64,000 nucleotides of DNA from a virus (taxonomy: Duplodnaviria > Caudoviricetes). The stretch lies in IMG/VR virus record IMGVR_UViG_3300023235_001725. The stretch is one strand, 5' to 3'. The notes beneath the pieces were generated by a model, which saw only the letters and a program-made list of their open reading frames with translations, had not been told where the DNA came from and ran no database searches. Shown piece after piece: positions 18,852 through 29,676 of this stretch; positions within the stretch are counted from its first letter, which is position 1, and each line of letters starts with the position of its first letter. The position numbers and the translations under genes are program-made.

Positions 18852-19694
18852 TTACTCCATCGACATCATGATATCATAAACTAGGTTATAAACGTCGTAG
18901 AATTTCTTTGACTGTTTAATCTCTACTGGTCGTTCATATCCTATTTCAGCTGTGACATCAATTTTTTTCACAAACTTAGCAGGAGCGTTCCCCATGACAT
19001 AGATTTCATCCGCCAAATAAACAGCTTCGCGGATGTCGTGCGTAATAAAAAGGATTGTCGGTTTGTATTCATAAAATAGGTTTAACGTCAGTTGTTGCAT
19101 CTGGTTACGAGTCTTAACATCAAGGGCTCCAAACGGCTCATCCATTAACATGATGCTTGGGTTCGCCAAGATGCTTCGGGCAATTGCAACACGCTGAAGT
19201 TGACCACCACTCAAAAGCGGATACTGAGCAAATTTGTTTTCATGACCTTTAAGTCCAACCTTTTCAATAATCTCCAAAGCCTGCCTGTTTCGTTCAGCTT
19301 TGCTTAAATAGGTTTCGCTTGATTTGCCAAGCCTTTCTTTTACGAACCGCAACGGGCTCTCCATGAAAGCATTATTTCGATACTCCAATCCCAGTTGAAC
19401 ATTTCTCAACACAGAATACCAGTCGTATGAACTATACTTTTGAAAAACTTGTCCAACTTTATTTGACTTGTCTTGTGCTGGCTTTCCGTTCACCATTACA
19501 GTTCCAGAGGTAGGAATATCTAGTCCCGATATGAATCGTAGAAGTGTACTCTTTCCGCAACCAGATGGTCCCAGGATAACAATCAGGTTTCCTTTTTCTT
19601 TTTTAGGAACGACCAAATCCAGATTCTCAATGATTTTGACCTCGCCGCTGTCGTATGACTTGCACACGTTTCTTAGTTCTAAGATATTGCTCAT
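18852..19694 (-). CDS. ABC transporter ATP-binding subunit (NitT/TauT type)
   Basis: [32 protein letters not shown]. Confidence 0.95.
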   Translation of the reverse strand: MSNILELRNVCKSYDSGEVKIIENLDLVVPKKEKGNLIVILGPSGCGKSTLLRFISGLDIPTSGTVMVNGKPAQDKSNKVGQVFQKYSSYDWYSVLRNVQLGLEYRNNAFMESPLRFVKERLGKSSETYLSKAERNRQALEIIEKVGLKGHENKFAQYPLLSGGQLQRVAIARSILANPSIMLMDEPFGALDVKTRNQMQQLTLNLFYEYKPTILFITHDIREAVYLADEIYVMGNAPAKFVKKIDVTAEIGYERPVEIKQSKKFYDVYNLVYDIMMSME

Positions 19695-20524
19695 TTGTTA
19701 GATTTGTTTTGATGCTTCCAAGGGAATATTTTTCTATCAATTAGAGTTAGAATTTTATCCTGAAGGAATCCAATTAAGAAAATAACAAACAACACCGCGA
19801 ATACACTTGCGTATTCGCTCTGTCGAGCCATTTGCCAACACAGCACTCCAACTCCGCCTTGCGCTGAATTAATGTTCTCAGCAATGATGATGTAGGTCCA
19901 TGAAATTGCTGTAAGATTGATGATATCCGTAAATACCAGCCCTAAGCCTTTTGGCAAATAGATTGTTTTAAATATTTCCCACTCAGAAGCATTAAGTGTT
20001 CTAGCTGTGTTCTCATACATTTTTTTGACTTCGTCTACTCTAGCAATCATCGCAGGAAGCAAGTAAACAATTATGCCACATGCAAGAAATTGAATCTTCA
20101 TTGTCTCTCCGATTCCAAACCAGATAATAAAGAGAGCAATCAATGCCGCAATTGGTAAGTAACGAGCAGACTGGATGTACTTTTCAAAAATTGCTCTTAT
20201 AGGTGATTTAAGAGCGATTAAGAAGCCTAATGGGATAGCGATGATTGCGGCCTCAAGAAACCCTAAAAAGTTCCTTACAAGACTTTTCTCGATGTGTTCC
20301 AATAAGCCTTTCTGTCTTGTTGCTTCAGGGTCAATAAGTCCGTCAAATGCGCCTAGCACATCTAGCGGCTTTGGAAGAATTTGTTCTGGTATTCCACCGA
20401 ACTCAGTTAGTAGGTACCATCCTGCTAATATTACAAGCAACCCTAAGAATCCTATGAAGGTTTTCTCTCGCTTTGTCAACTGAGCCTTTATCTTCCAGAT
20501 GTGTTTTGTAGTGAATATTTTCAT
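19691..20524 (-). CDS. ABC transporter permease (NitT/TauT type)
   Basis: Multi-TM; [11 protein letters not shown]-like [16 protein letters not shown]. Confidence 0.92.
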   Translation of the reverse strand: MKIFTTKHIWKIKAQLTKREKTFIGFLGLLVILAGWYLLTEFGGIPEQILPKPLDVLGAFDGLIDPEATRQKGLLEHIEKSLVRNFLGFLEAAIIAIPLGFLIALKSPIRAIFEKYIQSARYLPIAALIALFIIWFGIGETMKIQFLACGIIVYLLPAMIARVDEVKKMYENTARTLNASEWEIFKTIYLPKGLGLVFTDIINLTAISWTYIIIAENINSAQGGVGVLCWQMARQSEYASVFAVLFVIFLIGFLQDKILTLIDRKIFPWKHQNKSNK

Positions 20525-20611
20525 GGTGTGACTGGATATAAAAAGGGCGCAGTTCTGGTGTTTCTACTCAGCCTCTGCGCCCTTTGCAGTTTGTTTATGA
20601 ACTATTTTCCC

Positions 20612-22228
20612 TTACTGGGTAATCAATTCGAAGTCAACCGTTCTGTAAGCCTGGTTAGCTCCTTGAGCTCCTGCTTTAACAGCTTTCTTTGGACCATTGC
20701 CAACAGCTACTATTCTGTTTGGGTCGATGCTCCACGCTGTAACCATATAGTCTTTAACTGACTCGGCACGTTCCTTTGAAAGGCGCTCGTTAATCATTGA
20801 CGAGCCTTGTGCATCAGTGTTTCCTACAATTCGAATGGTCGCTCCCATGTTTGTTCGGGCAACTGTTCCAAATTCAGATTTAATGTAATTTTTTGCATTG
20901 AAATCTAGGTTTGAGCTTCCTGTTTTAAAGTACACTTGAAGTGCTTTAGAGGATATTGCTGCCACAGTCTCTGTGTTGGCAAAGGTTGGTGAAGGCGCAT
21001 TTTCAATCACTGTGTTTTCAGCAACATAACCTGGCTTATTCATTAATCCTTTTTCCTCCATACGTTTAGCAACTTCCTGGACGATGCTTCGGTCAGAAAC
21101 CTGCCCCCAATTCGGGAATGAAGCAATCACTCCTGATTTTACAAATCGTTTTCCAGTTTCATCGTACAGCTCTTGTGCGGTTACATTTTCATATGCTCGG
21201 TTAAGGCCAAAGAAGTTAACGTTGTCCGCTATTGATGTGTAGTATACATCGCTAAGTGAAGCGTAGGCATCTTCGTAAGTAACAAACCCTTCAAGATTGT
21301 CTACAAGAATTTGCGCTCCTTTTTGACGTGCTTCATCTGAGGTTTGAAGTTCAGCTGCTCCCATTGCCCATCCTTCGAAAAGGTTTACAAGGTTTTCGAA
21401 GTTTGCATCTTTAAAGCTTTTCTTCACAAGGAATCCATCGGCGATAATATGTGTTGCGGTTTTTGTATCCATCAACACTCTTGCTGCATTTGAGTCCTTC
21501 ATCTTAGCGTTGATTGTCTCAACACAGTTGAAGTTGTCTGGTGCCCATACAATTGCGGCATCCGCTTGTCCTGAATTAAATACTTGAGCTGCATCTAAAG
21601 CACTTGGGCATGGTGCTGGGACGATGTCATCCAATGTCAGTCCTCCTGCTTCTAATACATACATCAAAAATGCGTGTGATGGTGTTCTCTCTGAGTAGGC
21701 TATCGTTTTTCCTCGTAAGTCCTGGGCTGAATTAATTCCAGCATCCGTTCGAACCACACAGGCATCTCCACCACGTGAGAAATCTGATTGCCATACATAC
21801 TCTACTCCTGACTTAGCTAGTCCTGCCGCTTCCGCAGGAAAACTTTCCACTGTTGACCAGAGCAAGTCCACTTCATCCCCAATAAGAGCTGAACGAGATG
21901 CTAATTGGTCTTCAAGAAGAACAAACTGGACATCAAAGCCATAGTTTGAACGGAACCTTGAGCCAGAGTTAGGAGAAAATCCGTTGTTCCAGTATTGTGC
22001 TGCAAGGTAGCCAGGCCACGTTACAACTCCAATTCGGAACACTTGAGTTCCATCCTCAGACACTGGAGCCATTGGCTCTAAAATCTGTGTTTCGTCGTCT
22101 CCTGCGACGACAATATTGTCTCCTCCTTGTCCAATATAGCCATTGCTATATGCGAAGTAGAGACCCCCTATTAGTGCAATCACTAAGAGGATTGACGTGA
22201 TACGCCCTTTACTGACTTGTACTGCCAT
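20612..22228 (-). CDS. ABC substrate-binding protein fused to OmpA-like domain
   Basis: TWPGY, SDFSRGGD, LRGKTIA; C-terminal VYFKTGSS..GNTDAQG..LSKERAESV OmpA_C. Confidence 0.9.
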   Translation of the reverse strand: MAVQVSKGRITSILLVIALIGGLYFAYSNGYIGQGGDNIVVAGDDETQILEPMAPVSEDGTQVFRIGVVTWPGYLAAQYWNNGFSPNSGSRFRSNYGFDVQFVLLEDQLASRSALIGDEVDLLWSTVESFPAEAAGLAKSGVEYVWQSDFSRGGDACVVRTDAGINSAQDLRGKTIAYSERTPSHAFLMYVLEAGGLTLDDIVPAPCPSALDAAQVFNSGQADAAIVWAPDNFNCVETINAKMKDSNAARVLMDTKTATHIIADGFLVKKSFKDANFENLVNLFEGWAMGAAELQTSDEARQKGAQILVDNLEGFVTYEDAYASLSDVYYTSIADNVNFFGLNRAYENVTAQELYDETGKRFVKSGVIASFPNWGQVSDRSIVQEVAKRMEEKGLMNKPGYVAENTVIENAPSPTFANTETVAAISSKALQVYFKTGSSNLDFNAKNYIKSEFGTVARTNMGATIRIVGNTDAQGSSMINERLSKERAESVKDYMVTAWSIDPNRIVAVGNGPKKAVKAGAQGANQAYRTVDFELITQ

Positions 22229-22308
22229 GATTTTCGATTTTAAAATTGTGCACTTATGCGCGGTTTATGATTGTTTGAATATGCTTTAACGGTTTGTGTA
22301 TGGGTTGG

Positions 22309-23010
22309 TTATTTTAGTATTATTTTCGTAAAGTTCTCAAAATCTGTTTCAAAATATTTTTCTTCAAAATCATATCTTGAAGGGGATATGGGCAAATAAA
22401 ACCTAATTGCTCCTTCTTTTGATTTCATAACAGGAAAAGTGAATTCGGCTGAATATTCACTTTTCTCTCTTGCCAGTTCTGTTTGAATTAAATCAAGAAA
22501 TTTTGTTTCATCATATTTATCATATTTTGAACCGATACTTACCCAATATTGAGTTTTTAATTCTACAAGACTCTCAATATTCAATAATTTTTGATATTCT
22601 GCTTTGGTATAAATGTATCCAATTGTTTGTTTAAATTTATACCAATCTCGGTAGATATTAGGATATTCGAATCGTCCATTCCACTTGTCTACTATTAGAA
22701 CATAATATGTAGTTCCTTTATAAGTAGTTGTTCTTGTTTGCACTTTTTGAAAGTTTTGGCCTCTACTCGACATCATATGCGGACCTTGCAACGATTTGTA
22801 TTTAACCTTATAATCCTTGTTGTCTGAAATTACGTTTTCATAATCTATCCATTCACCAAGCGTAGAGTTGTTAGCCCATCCTGTTGCTTTTAAAAGAGTT
22901 CCCGATGTTGTTTCAAAACTTATTTTTTCTCTATTTGTTCGTTCTTGTCCAAATATTTGTACAGTGAAAACTGTCAATAAAAGTGCGATAAGTGTTAATT
23001 TAAATTTCAT
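22309..23010 (-). CDS. Secreted hypothetical protein
   Basis: Signal peptide MKFKLTLIALLLTVFTVQIFG; more AT-rich than neighbours. Confidence 0.75.
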   Translation of the reverse strand: MKFKLTLIALLLTVFTVQIFGQERTNREKISFETTSGTLLKATGWANNSTLGEWIDYENVISDNKDYKVKYKSLQGPHMMSSRGQNFQKVQTRTTTYKGTTYYVLIVDKWNGRFEYPNIYRDWYKFKQTIGYIYTKAEYQKLLNIESLVELKTQYWVSIGSKYDKYDETKFLDLIQTELAREKSEYSAEFTFPVMKSKEGAIRFYLPISPSRYDFEEKYFETDFENFTKIILK

Positions 23011-23212
23011 TTTTCTATTTTTTATTCTTACTCGTTTGGCTTTTCAGTTTTCGCCCCGTTTTTAAAATGGTTGCTGGTCTCCACTTTTTTATTTTTTATC
23101 AAAACTGTTCTTCAAGATTATTCAAAATATTTTTTCAATTCTCTTTTCAGTCTACGATGTCGTTTCTTAAACTTGCCCATAATATACGTGCATGAACGGT
23201 AAAGGTTTCGAT

Positions 23213-24286
23213 TTAGTTAAAATACTTACTCCCGCTTCCTCCTGATGAAGCTTCGCTAGATGCAGATTGTGTTTGCGCTTGCATTTTCACTTTTTCTCTA
23301 CCGCTCTCTTTGCTTTCTCGTTGCGCCTTAGCGAACTCGACAGGCTTGTCAGTGGCATTTAAAAAGTCGAATCCTTCATCAAATGAGTTGTTTAAACTCT
23401 TCTCCCACTCGTCAAGTTTAATTAAGCCTTTTTCCAAAGAGGCTTCGTTTTTAAGGTCTACATTATCCATGAAGTCTTGCATTCCGTGAAGCATGTTCTC
23501 CATATCCATAACTCGGAACTCAGTTTGTTCAGTGACATAATCCCAAGCTTCGTCATAAAGCTGCTTCTGTGATGTCCCGCCCTTAACAATGGCCCATGCA
23601 TCAGATATAACTCCGTGAGAAGTCTTCATCATTTCGTACTCCTCTTTCTTAAGTCCAACCTTGAATGAAATTTCTGAAATCATCGTGTCACTGGCTTTCT
23701 CCATTCTCTTAATGACTTTCAGCAAAAATGACATCTTGTCTACCATCGCCTGGTACTTCTGGATTATAGTCTCAAGTTGTATAGCTCTTCCAGCATTTCT
23801 ACCTTCTAGAGTTTTATCACCTCTTTTTCGAGCCGCTAGTGCTAAGCTTTTATACTCTTCGTACTCCTCTGAGCGCTTTTGCCGCTTTCCTTCAACATTG
23901 GAAATCTGACGCATCATAACCTTGCGCCCTTTAACCATTTTTATTCTCTTCTTTTTAAGGTCATCAACGTAGCCTTCAAGAATAGCTATCGGGTTGGTTT
24001 TCACACCAACTGCTCCCGCAAGGTTTTTCATCCAAGACTTCATAACGTATCGGATGGAAGTTTTTAATCTTTCATCTCTCCATGCGAAGATAATTAAAGC
24101 CGCAATGAATCCTAGAACCACAATTCCGACCACTGAGGCCAGAATGCTTGACACAAAAGCAATAATCGCTGAGGCTGAAAACGCCGCAGCAACGGCACCT
24201 ATTGCTAGTAAAATTATCGCTCCTATCCCTTCTGGTTTTTTCCAGAACGACTTTTTTCTTTCTTCGTAATTTTCTTCTCCTAACAT
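23213..24286 (-). CDS. PspA/IM30-like coiled-coil membrane protein
   Basis: Two N-terminal TM helices, NPIAILE motif, long coiled coil. Confidence 0.6.
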   Translation of the reverse strand: MLGEENYEERKKSFWKKPEGIGAIILLAIGAVAAAFSASAIIAFVSSILASVVGIVVLGFIAALIIFAWRDERLKTSIRYVMKSWMKNLAGAVGVKTNPIAILEGYVDDLKKKRIKMVKGRKVMMRQISNVEGKRQKRSEEYEEYKSLALAARKRGDKTLEGRNAGRAIQLETIIQKYQAMVDKMSFLLKVIKRMEKASDTMISEISFKVGLKKEEYEMMKTSHGVISDAWAIVKGGTSQKQLYDEAWDYVTEQTEFRVMDMENMLHGMQDFMDNVDLKNEASLEKGLIKLDEWEKSLNNSFDEGFDFLNATDKPVEFAKAQRESKESGREKVKMQAQTQSASSEASSGGSGSKYFN

Positions 24287-24305
24287 CTGTTTCGGGTTTT
24301 AGTGG

Positions 24306-25019
24306 TTAAACAGATGCAGCCGCATCTTGTAGTGATTCAACTGCTTCAACAGCTAGTTTGTGCTCGTTTACAAGGACGAGCAGAGTTGATTCAAAGTTTG
24401 CTGCTTTTTGGTCGATGTTACGACGTCCAGTGAAGATTTCACCTTTCAAAGTGTTTAATCGCTCAATGTTCTTATTTTTTTCAGTGTTGAGCGCGTCGAT
24501 TTGGCTGCTGATTGATTTGTTTTGTTCCTCAAGTTCACGAGCTTCGTTCTCTTGTTGTCCAACTGTTTCTCCAATCAAGTTTTTCACATGAGCTTCAAAG
24601 CCATCAGCTTCTCCTTCAATGATTTCTCGATACAATTTTGCAGTGCTCAACAAACGCTCTTTAGTGAGCAATCCACCTGAATACGCCTGAGCAGTTTTAA
24701 AAGCATTTGCAGCCCTTGATTCAGCTGTTGCGCCAGTAGCAATTTTTAGTCCCTCTTTGAATTCAAAAAAGTCGATTCCTTTAGTTCGAGGGTCGGTGTT
24801 GTTAAAGTTTAAAAGCTCTTCATCGAGTGTTTTTCTAATCTCAGAGTCAACTATCCCTTTTACTTCGCCATCTGCTGCAGGGAATGTTGACGCTGATGGA
24901 ATTGGCTCCACTATACCCGTCGGCGCTTTATCGCCGAGAACAGTTTGGTCGCTTAATTTTGCAAGACCCGTTTTTATTAGAGTGGATTCAAACCAGCTCA
25001 ATTTTCTCTTTTCTGCCAT
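24306..25019 (-). CDS. Hypothetical coiled-coil protein
   Basis: 237 aa, GIDFFEFK motif; co-oriented with the ABC/OmpA cluster. Confidence 0.7.
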   Translation of the reverse strand: MAEKRKLSWFESTLIKTGLAKLSDQTVLGDKAPTGIVEPIPSASTFPAADGEVKGIVDSEIRKTLDEELLNFNNTDPRTKGIDFFEFKEGLKIATGATAESRAANAFKTAQAYSGGLLTKERLLSTAKLYREIIEGEADGFEAHVKNLIGETVGQQENEARELEEQNKSISSQIDALNTEKNKNIERLNTLKGEIFTGRRNIDQKAANFESTLLVLVNEHKLAVEAVESLQDAAASV

Positions 25020-25173
25020 GATTTATTTATTTCGTTAAATGCGTTACGGTTTAAATATACGAATACAAAATTAAAAGGTTACAATGTTCGGCAAAAAGGT
25101 CTTAAACGCAAATTGCCTGTCACACCAGTATACGGTGGACAGGCAATTTGGTTACATAAATATTTATTTTTCC

Positions 25174-25488
25174 TTATTCTACGATAAATCCGTGTTGGTT
25201 TTTTTCGTTCGTTGTAAGATAGTACGGAATTCTATATAAACTCGGCCCGTACATATTAGTTGTTGAGCTGTAAATTGTCATAATTTTTTCGTTTGTTTTA
25301 ACTTTACAGAGCCACCCGCTTCCTGTTTTCCTGGCGTCGCTTAATGCTTCCAGTTTAACATTGACGCCTCTTTCACATTCGTAAAAGATATCGCCTTTTT
25401 TAATTTCGCGGATTCCCAAAAAAGGACTCTCGTCAAATGCCTCATATTGAAACATTTGTGGACTATACATTTTCTGCATTTTTTCCAT
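25174..25488 (-). CDS. Hypothetical phage protein
   Basis: 104-aa ORF flanked by hairpins. Confidence 0.7.
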   Translation of the reverse strand: MEKMQKMYSPQMFQYEAFDESPFLGIREIKKGDIFYECERGVNVKLEALSDARKTGSGWLCKVKTNEKIMTIYSSTTNMYGPSLYRIPYYLTTNEKNQHGFIVE

Positions 25489-25595
25489 AGCTATTAATAT
25501 TAATCAAAGAACGTTTCTTCAATTATAAATAAGCACAAAGCCCCAAAAAACGGGGCTTGTGAAATACTTTTTATAGCTATATTTGGAGCAATGTA

Positions 25596-26213
25596 CTACA
25601 CCACCAGCGGAGTAAAGCTATGTAGCTCGTCCATGTAGGTCCACATATTATCGCAGTGACCTTTCGTGTAAAGCTTGGCCCTGTACTCAGGATATTCTTT
25701 GTTGTAAAGGGACGCTTTTCCAGCGCGTTCTCGGTTGACAATACGGTCAGCGTTTTTTCCAACGATGTAATCTCGTTCGATAGCCATTTCATCATAAAGC
25801 TTATCTGGTTTTCTCTCTTTTCGGTTGCGACCTTTTTCATCAGTCAAAGCGTAGCATATGTCTGCAATCACTTTCGGGTCTCCCCATGAGCTTCCGATTG
25901 TTGAGTTGACAAACTCAACAATATCATTGTAGGTCCAACCACAATCCTCAATCATATCATGAAAGATTGCTGCGACTCTTCGTCTGTAGCCAGGTATGGT
26001 TTTGTCTCCGAATCCGAAATCACAGATTGCATCATCAACTCGGTCTAGATGAACTTGGTAGTTCCAGCCGCTCCAGTCTTGCATGAAGTGCGCTCTGAGT
26101 GAAATGCTTCTTGCGTCTCTTAATAGTCTCTCCCAAGGGATGATGTTTCTCGGCGTTAGTGGAGTTGCGTGTCCTGGGTTGTCTCGCTTGTGGTTTTGGA
26201 GTCTATCTTTCAT
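25596..26213 (-). CDS. HD-domain (p)ppGpp hydrolase-like protein (RelA/SpoT-HD, Mesh1 type)
   Basis: YQVHL..V, AAIFHDMIEDC, ALTDE, KNADRIVN. Confidence 0.75.
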   Translation of the reverse strand: MKDRLQNHKRDNPGHATPLTPRNIIPWERLLRDARSISLRAHFMQDWSGWNYQVHLDRVDDAICDFGFGDKTIPGYRRRVAAIFHDMIEDCGWTYNDIVEFVNSTIGSSWGDPKVIADICYALTDEKGRNRKERKPDKLYDEMAIERDYIVGKNADRIVNRERAGKASLYNKEYPEYRAKLYTKGHCDNMWTYMDELHSFTPLVV

Positions 26214-26407
26214 CTTCTTCTTCTTTAATGGGACACCAATCTGGCATCTCCGATTCCTTTGCTTGACATGAAGAAGTCGGGTCTGTTTTTTCTAAGCCGA
26301 CTGCTGCCATAATTCCGTATTGAATTTCCATTTTAATATGACGTTTATCAATGCTGTTCATAGTGTAATATACGGTGTTTACTATGAAAGGTTACGACTA
26401 TGAAAGG

Positions 26408-26662
26408 TTACGACTCTTTAAGCTCTGAAGAAATAATGTTTTGGACCAGCTCGAATACAGTAATAGTTTTTAATATTTCGAAATCTTTGTGGCGCACGTG
26501 TTTATTGTGCTGCGCGGCAAGACGAAAAAGCTTGTGGTCTTTGAACTTATTTAAAATAGAGGCGTTGTCTGTAACTTCGCCTGCTGCGAATTGAATGCAG
26601 TTCAGTAAAGTTTTATACTGTTCGCTTTTAGACCAGGTTTCAAACGTTCTTTTTCTTGCCAT
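26408..26662 (-). CDS. Hypothetical protein
   Basis: 84-aa ORF. Confidence 0.6.
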   Translation of the reverse strand: MARKRTFETWSKSEQYKTLLNCIQFAAGEVTDNASILNKFKDHKLFRLAAQHNKHVRHKDFEILKTITVFELVQNIISSELKES

Positions 26663-26757
26663 AATTAGCTCGTTTTGCCTCTAGACCAATAATTGCTTCG
26701 CGGTATTGCTCTTGGGTCATTCCCTTCTTATTAGCAAACGCTTCTAGCTCCCAACGT

Positions 26758-26964
26758 TTAAACGCTGGCCTCCAAAATAGTCTCTATGGGAGGTTGAGCC
26801 AATACATCCTTAAACAATTTTGTATCAGCATAATCCTCCTGCACAACACCATTTACGATGTTATCCCAAAACTTCCAGTTCTTTCTATCGGTGGAATCTG
26901 TTCCAGGAGAGAAAGTTACGTGGTAAGTTTTGCCGTTGCGGCCATATTTGCGTGACAGTGACAT
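26758..26964 (-). CDS. Hypothetical protein
   Basis: 68-aa ORF, CGTATA motif upstream. Confidence 0.6.
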   Translation of the reverse strand: MSLSRKYGRNGKTYHVTFSPGTDSTDRKNWKFWDNIVNGVVQEDYADTKLFKDVLAQPPIETILEASV

Positions 26965-26997
26965 TATAATTTAGTATACGAATATACTACTTTTTGG

Positions 26998-27549
26998 TTA
27001 CATGTCGTCAAACATGAACCAATGCTTCTTCTCTTTTAATAGATTATAAGAAGCATGTTCCTCTGTTTCCTCGTTATACTCACCAGAGTTTGCCCAAGTG
27101 TCTCCATTGACAGAAGTTTGATTCCAGCCCAATCCAAGCAGGTCTGGGTCATCTTTGAGAGCCTCCTCTATTAAATCTGCTTGTTCTTTGAGCGATGTTT
27201 CAAACTCAAACTCACGGAACGCCAAAACTAGCTTCTCTAGATTCTCTCGCTTCACAACGACATTGTCGAAAGTGGAGTTCATAGCTATCTTGTGGGTATC
27301 GGTGATGTATGGGTGTTTGATAATATCCCATACCTCTTTCATGTCCTCTTGTTTCATTGAGGATATTCTAGAGTAGTCTTTAGTTAGGTCTTCGCCTATA
27401 GATTTCGCCCATTCTGGAATAAACTTGGGGAGATATTTCTTTTCTAAATGGGTCCAGATGGCCATAGCTCCTCTGAAAGCATTTTTGACTTCGCCGATTT
27501 CCTCAGCGTCACCATCTTTCTTAAACTTGTAAATTTCTGTATAACTCAT
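26998..27549 (-). CDS. Hypothetical phage protein
   Basis: 183-aa ORF, CGTATAT motif upstream. Confidence 0.75.
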   Translation of the reverse strand: MSYTEIYKFKKDGDAEEIGEVKNAFRGAMAIWTHLEKKYLPKFIPEWAKSIGEDLTKDYSRISSMKQEDMKEVWDIIKHPYITDTHKIAMNSTFDNVVVKRENLEKLVLAFREFEFETSLKEQADLIEEALKDDPDLLGLGWNQTSVNGDTWANSGEYNEETEEHASYNLLKEKKHWFMFDDM

Positions 27550-27578
27550 GCCCTATATACGGGTATTGTAGGAGAAGG

Positions 27579-27821
27579 TTACTCTCGAAGTCCGCTGTTA
27601 CGGTATTCGACAAGCTCCTCTATTGCTCTTACTAGCTGAGCTGTGGTGAGAAGGTTAACCATCTCTTTGGGAGCATTGAAGGAGTCTACGTTTACCTTGA
27701 TGCCTGTGCAACATCCGTCACAGTTTATTTTTTGAAAACCTTCTCGGTCTTCTTGAGATAAAGTGAACCTTGCTGTCACCTCCTCATTGTCTTTTGAGTG
27801 GTCTAGTTTTCCGTCGTGCAT
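27579..27821 (-). CDS. Hypothetical protein
   Basis: 80-aa ORF abutting previous stop. Confidence 0.6.
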   Translation of the reverse strand: MHDGKLDHSKDNEEVTARFTLSQEDREGFQKINCDGCCTGIKVNVDSFNAPKEMVNLLTTAQLVRAIEELVEYRNSGLRE

Positions 27822-27823
27822 GA

Positions 27824-28945
27824 TTAAGTTAATTGTTTTACTGTTCCTATTACTGAAAAAGGACTTGCCAGGGGAATCCAGTTTTCAATACTATTAGATG
27901 CGCTTGGCACGTCTTTAAATCTAAGCGTTATATGTTGGATTTCATTTTTACTAAAGTACCCCTTTACCCCAAAAGCAATTGCGTCATCGCTAATCCCTAG
28001 TGTTTCAACGCTAAGCTCTATGTCCTTGTTTACATCGCCACGCATTTTAATGCCTAAAGGCAATTGACCAAGTTTAACAGTCATGTGATACCCTTGTGGA
28101 AACTTCCATTTGAACGGAACTTTGACACCCATGCCTCTCATGGCTTCTCTTGCGGCTTTTATTAGCTTGTTCACTTCTTTAGGGTCATGAACCTCTATCA
28201 TAGCGATAACCATGTGAGTTTTCTTAACTCGTCCATGAATTACACTGTGAATTGCTTTGTGAATAAAAGTTCTAAAATCCATTGAAGATTCATGTAAGTC
28301 AATACCTTTCTCTTTCTTTTTATTCGCAACTCTCCTTTTAAGAGAGTTATATCCTAGACTGGAAATGCCTTCATCAAAACCCATTTTGATAAAAAGCTGA
28401 TTAAGCTCTTCGAACTCCATGTTTTTCCATTTTTCTATTAAAAAAGAAACATCTTTATCAGATAAATCAACTTTTTCAATGACAGGGATTAATTTAGCCC
28501 CAAGCAACATGGCTGCTATAGCTCTATGTCGTCCTTCTTGATTGCTTTTTCCTTTTGTGTAAAATCCAATAGGAAACTTATCTCCTTGTTTCATTGCCTC
28601 AGCATACGTCTTTACTTTTTTTCTATCATCAAGCTCAGCTGGTCCCATAGCATCATCATAACTAAGGCCTCCAAAGCCGCTTGCAATTTTGTAAATGTAC
28701 TGTTTAGGGCTAATAAAAACAAGTTTAGCAGTTTTCCATTTTTCTAAAATTGAATATAGAGGATACTCAAATTCTACATATTTTAAAATAGAATCCATAT
28801 CAAAATAAGCACACCCATCGCACTCAGTCGAAGAGATTTCTAAAAGTGTCTTTCGTACTATTTTTCTTAGTCCTTCCATTCTTTTTTCGTCTAAACGATT
28901 GTAGTGTGGAAGATTGAATGAACGGTCTAATGATATCTCTTTCAT
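27824..28945 (-). CDS. ParB/Srx-like domain fused to 2H phosphoesterase domain
   Basis: NQEGRHRAIAA (ParB-like); two HxT motifs YHMTVKLG and QHITL (2H family). Confidence 0.65.
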   Translation of the reverse strand: MKEISLDRSFNLPHYNRLDEKRMEGLRKIVRKTLLEISSTECDGCAYFDMDSILKYVEFEYPLYSILEKWKTAKLVFISPKQYIYKIASGFGGLSYDDAMGPAELDDRKKVKTYAEAMKQGDKFPIGFYTKGKSNQEGRHRAIAAMLLGAKLIPVIEKVDLSDKDVSFLIEKWKNMEFEELNQLFIKMGFDEGISSLGYNSLKRRVANKKKEKGIDLHESSMDFRTFIHKAIHSVIHGRVKKTHMVIAMIEVHDPKEVNKLIKAAREAMRGMGVKVPFKWKFPQGYHMTVKLGQLPLGIKMRGDVNKDIELSVETLGISDDAIAFGVKGYFSKNEIQHITLRFKDVPSASNSIENWIPLASPFSVIGTVKQLT

Positions 28946-28948
28946 AAG

Positions 28949-29311
28949 CTATACGTTGTAGCTGTTGTGTGCAAAAGATATTATATCGCCAAAGTATTGT
29001 TGAAGATTATTCAACTCCAAATACAAGTTTAACATTTCCTCAACGGAAAGTGTTTCAACTTGTTTGTTGGATTGTTTAAATTTAATCTCTGATTCCAAAG
29101 CTGACTTAACCTCTGGAGTAGGCTGCTTCTCTAGTATGGATATAAGTTCTGACTCCATGCCAAAAATTCCTTCTTGGTCCAAGAACGCCTTAAGAGGTTC
29201 AGTCTCAATCATGACTGGCGTACCCATAGACTCATTCTCTTGAGAGTAATCCTGGCTAGGAAATTCAATTTCCAGTAGCGCCTTGCGTATTTGACTTCTA
29301 AGCTTATTCAT
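28949..29311 (-). CDS. Hypothetical late protein
   Basis: Start MNKLRSQIRKALLE just after TATTTATA. Confidence 0.7.
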   Translation of the reverse strand: MNKLRSQIRKALLEIEFPSQDYSQENESMGTPVMIETEPLKAFLDQEGIFGMESELISILEKQPTPEVKSALESEIKFKQSNKQVETLSVEEMLNLYLELNNLQQYFGDIISFAHNSYNV

Positions 29312-29418
29312 GCCTATAAATAGACGCAAATGTTACTCTTGCAGATGAATATCGTCATACGCTGCGCATCTTTCCTTCGACGCGCAGCCTGACATTGTTA
29401 TTAGGACAACTGCTACAA

Positions 29419-29676
29419 TCAGCAGTCGTATAATTCGTCCCATATCTCTTTTTGGGTTTTAGGCTTCGGTGGCCGCTTATAATTAGGTGAACACCCATCA
29501 CAACTGCATGATTTCCAAGTAGTGCGCAGAAAGGTCCAGTCTTCTCCCAAGCGAGCTTTCTCGATGTTCTCGTACTTCCAGGGAGTATCACCCCAGTGAG
29601 AGAACCAGTCGTTAAGCCGCTTTTCGAACTTCACTCGTTTCTTGTTGCGTCGATACGCCCTCTTCGTGTTTTTCAT
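29419..29676 (-). CDS. Hypothetical basic protein with CSCDGC motif
   Basis: 85-aa ORF. Confidence 0.65.
   Translation of the reverse strand: MKNTKRAYRRNKKRVKFEKRLNDWFSHWGDTPWKYENIEKARLGEDWTFLRTTWKSCSCDGCSPNYKRPPKPKTQKEIWDELYDC

Noticed and set aside
22281-22308. attC half-site after the AT-rich secreted gene
   Set aside because: One arm only; cannot be told from chance
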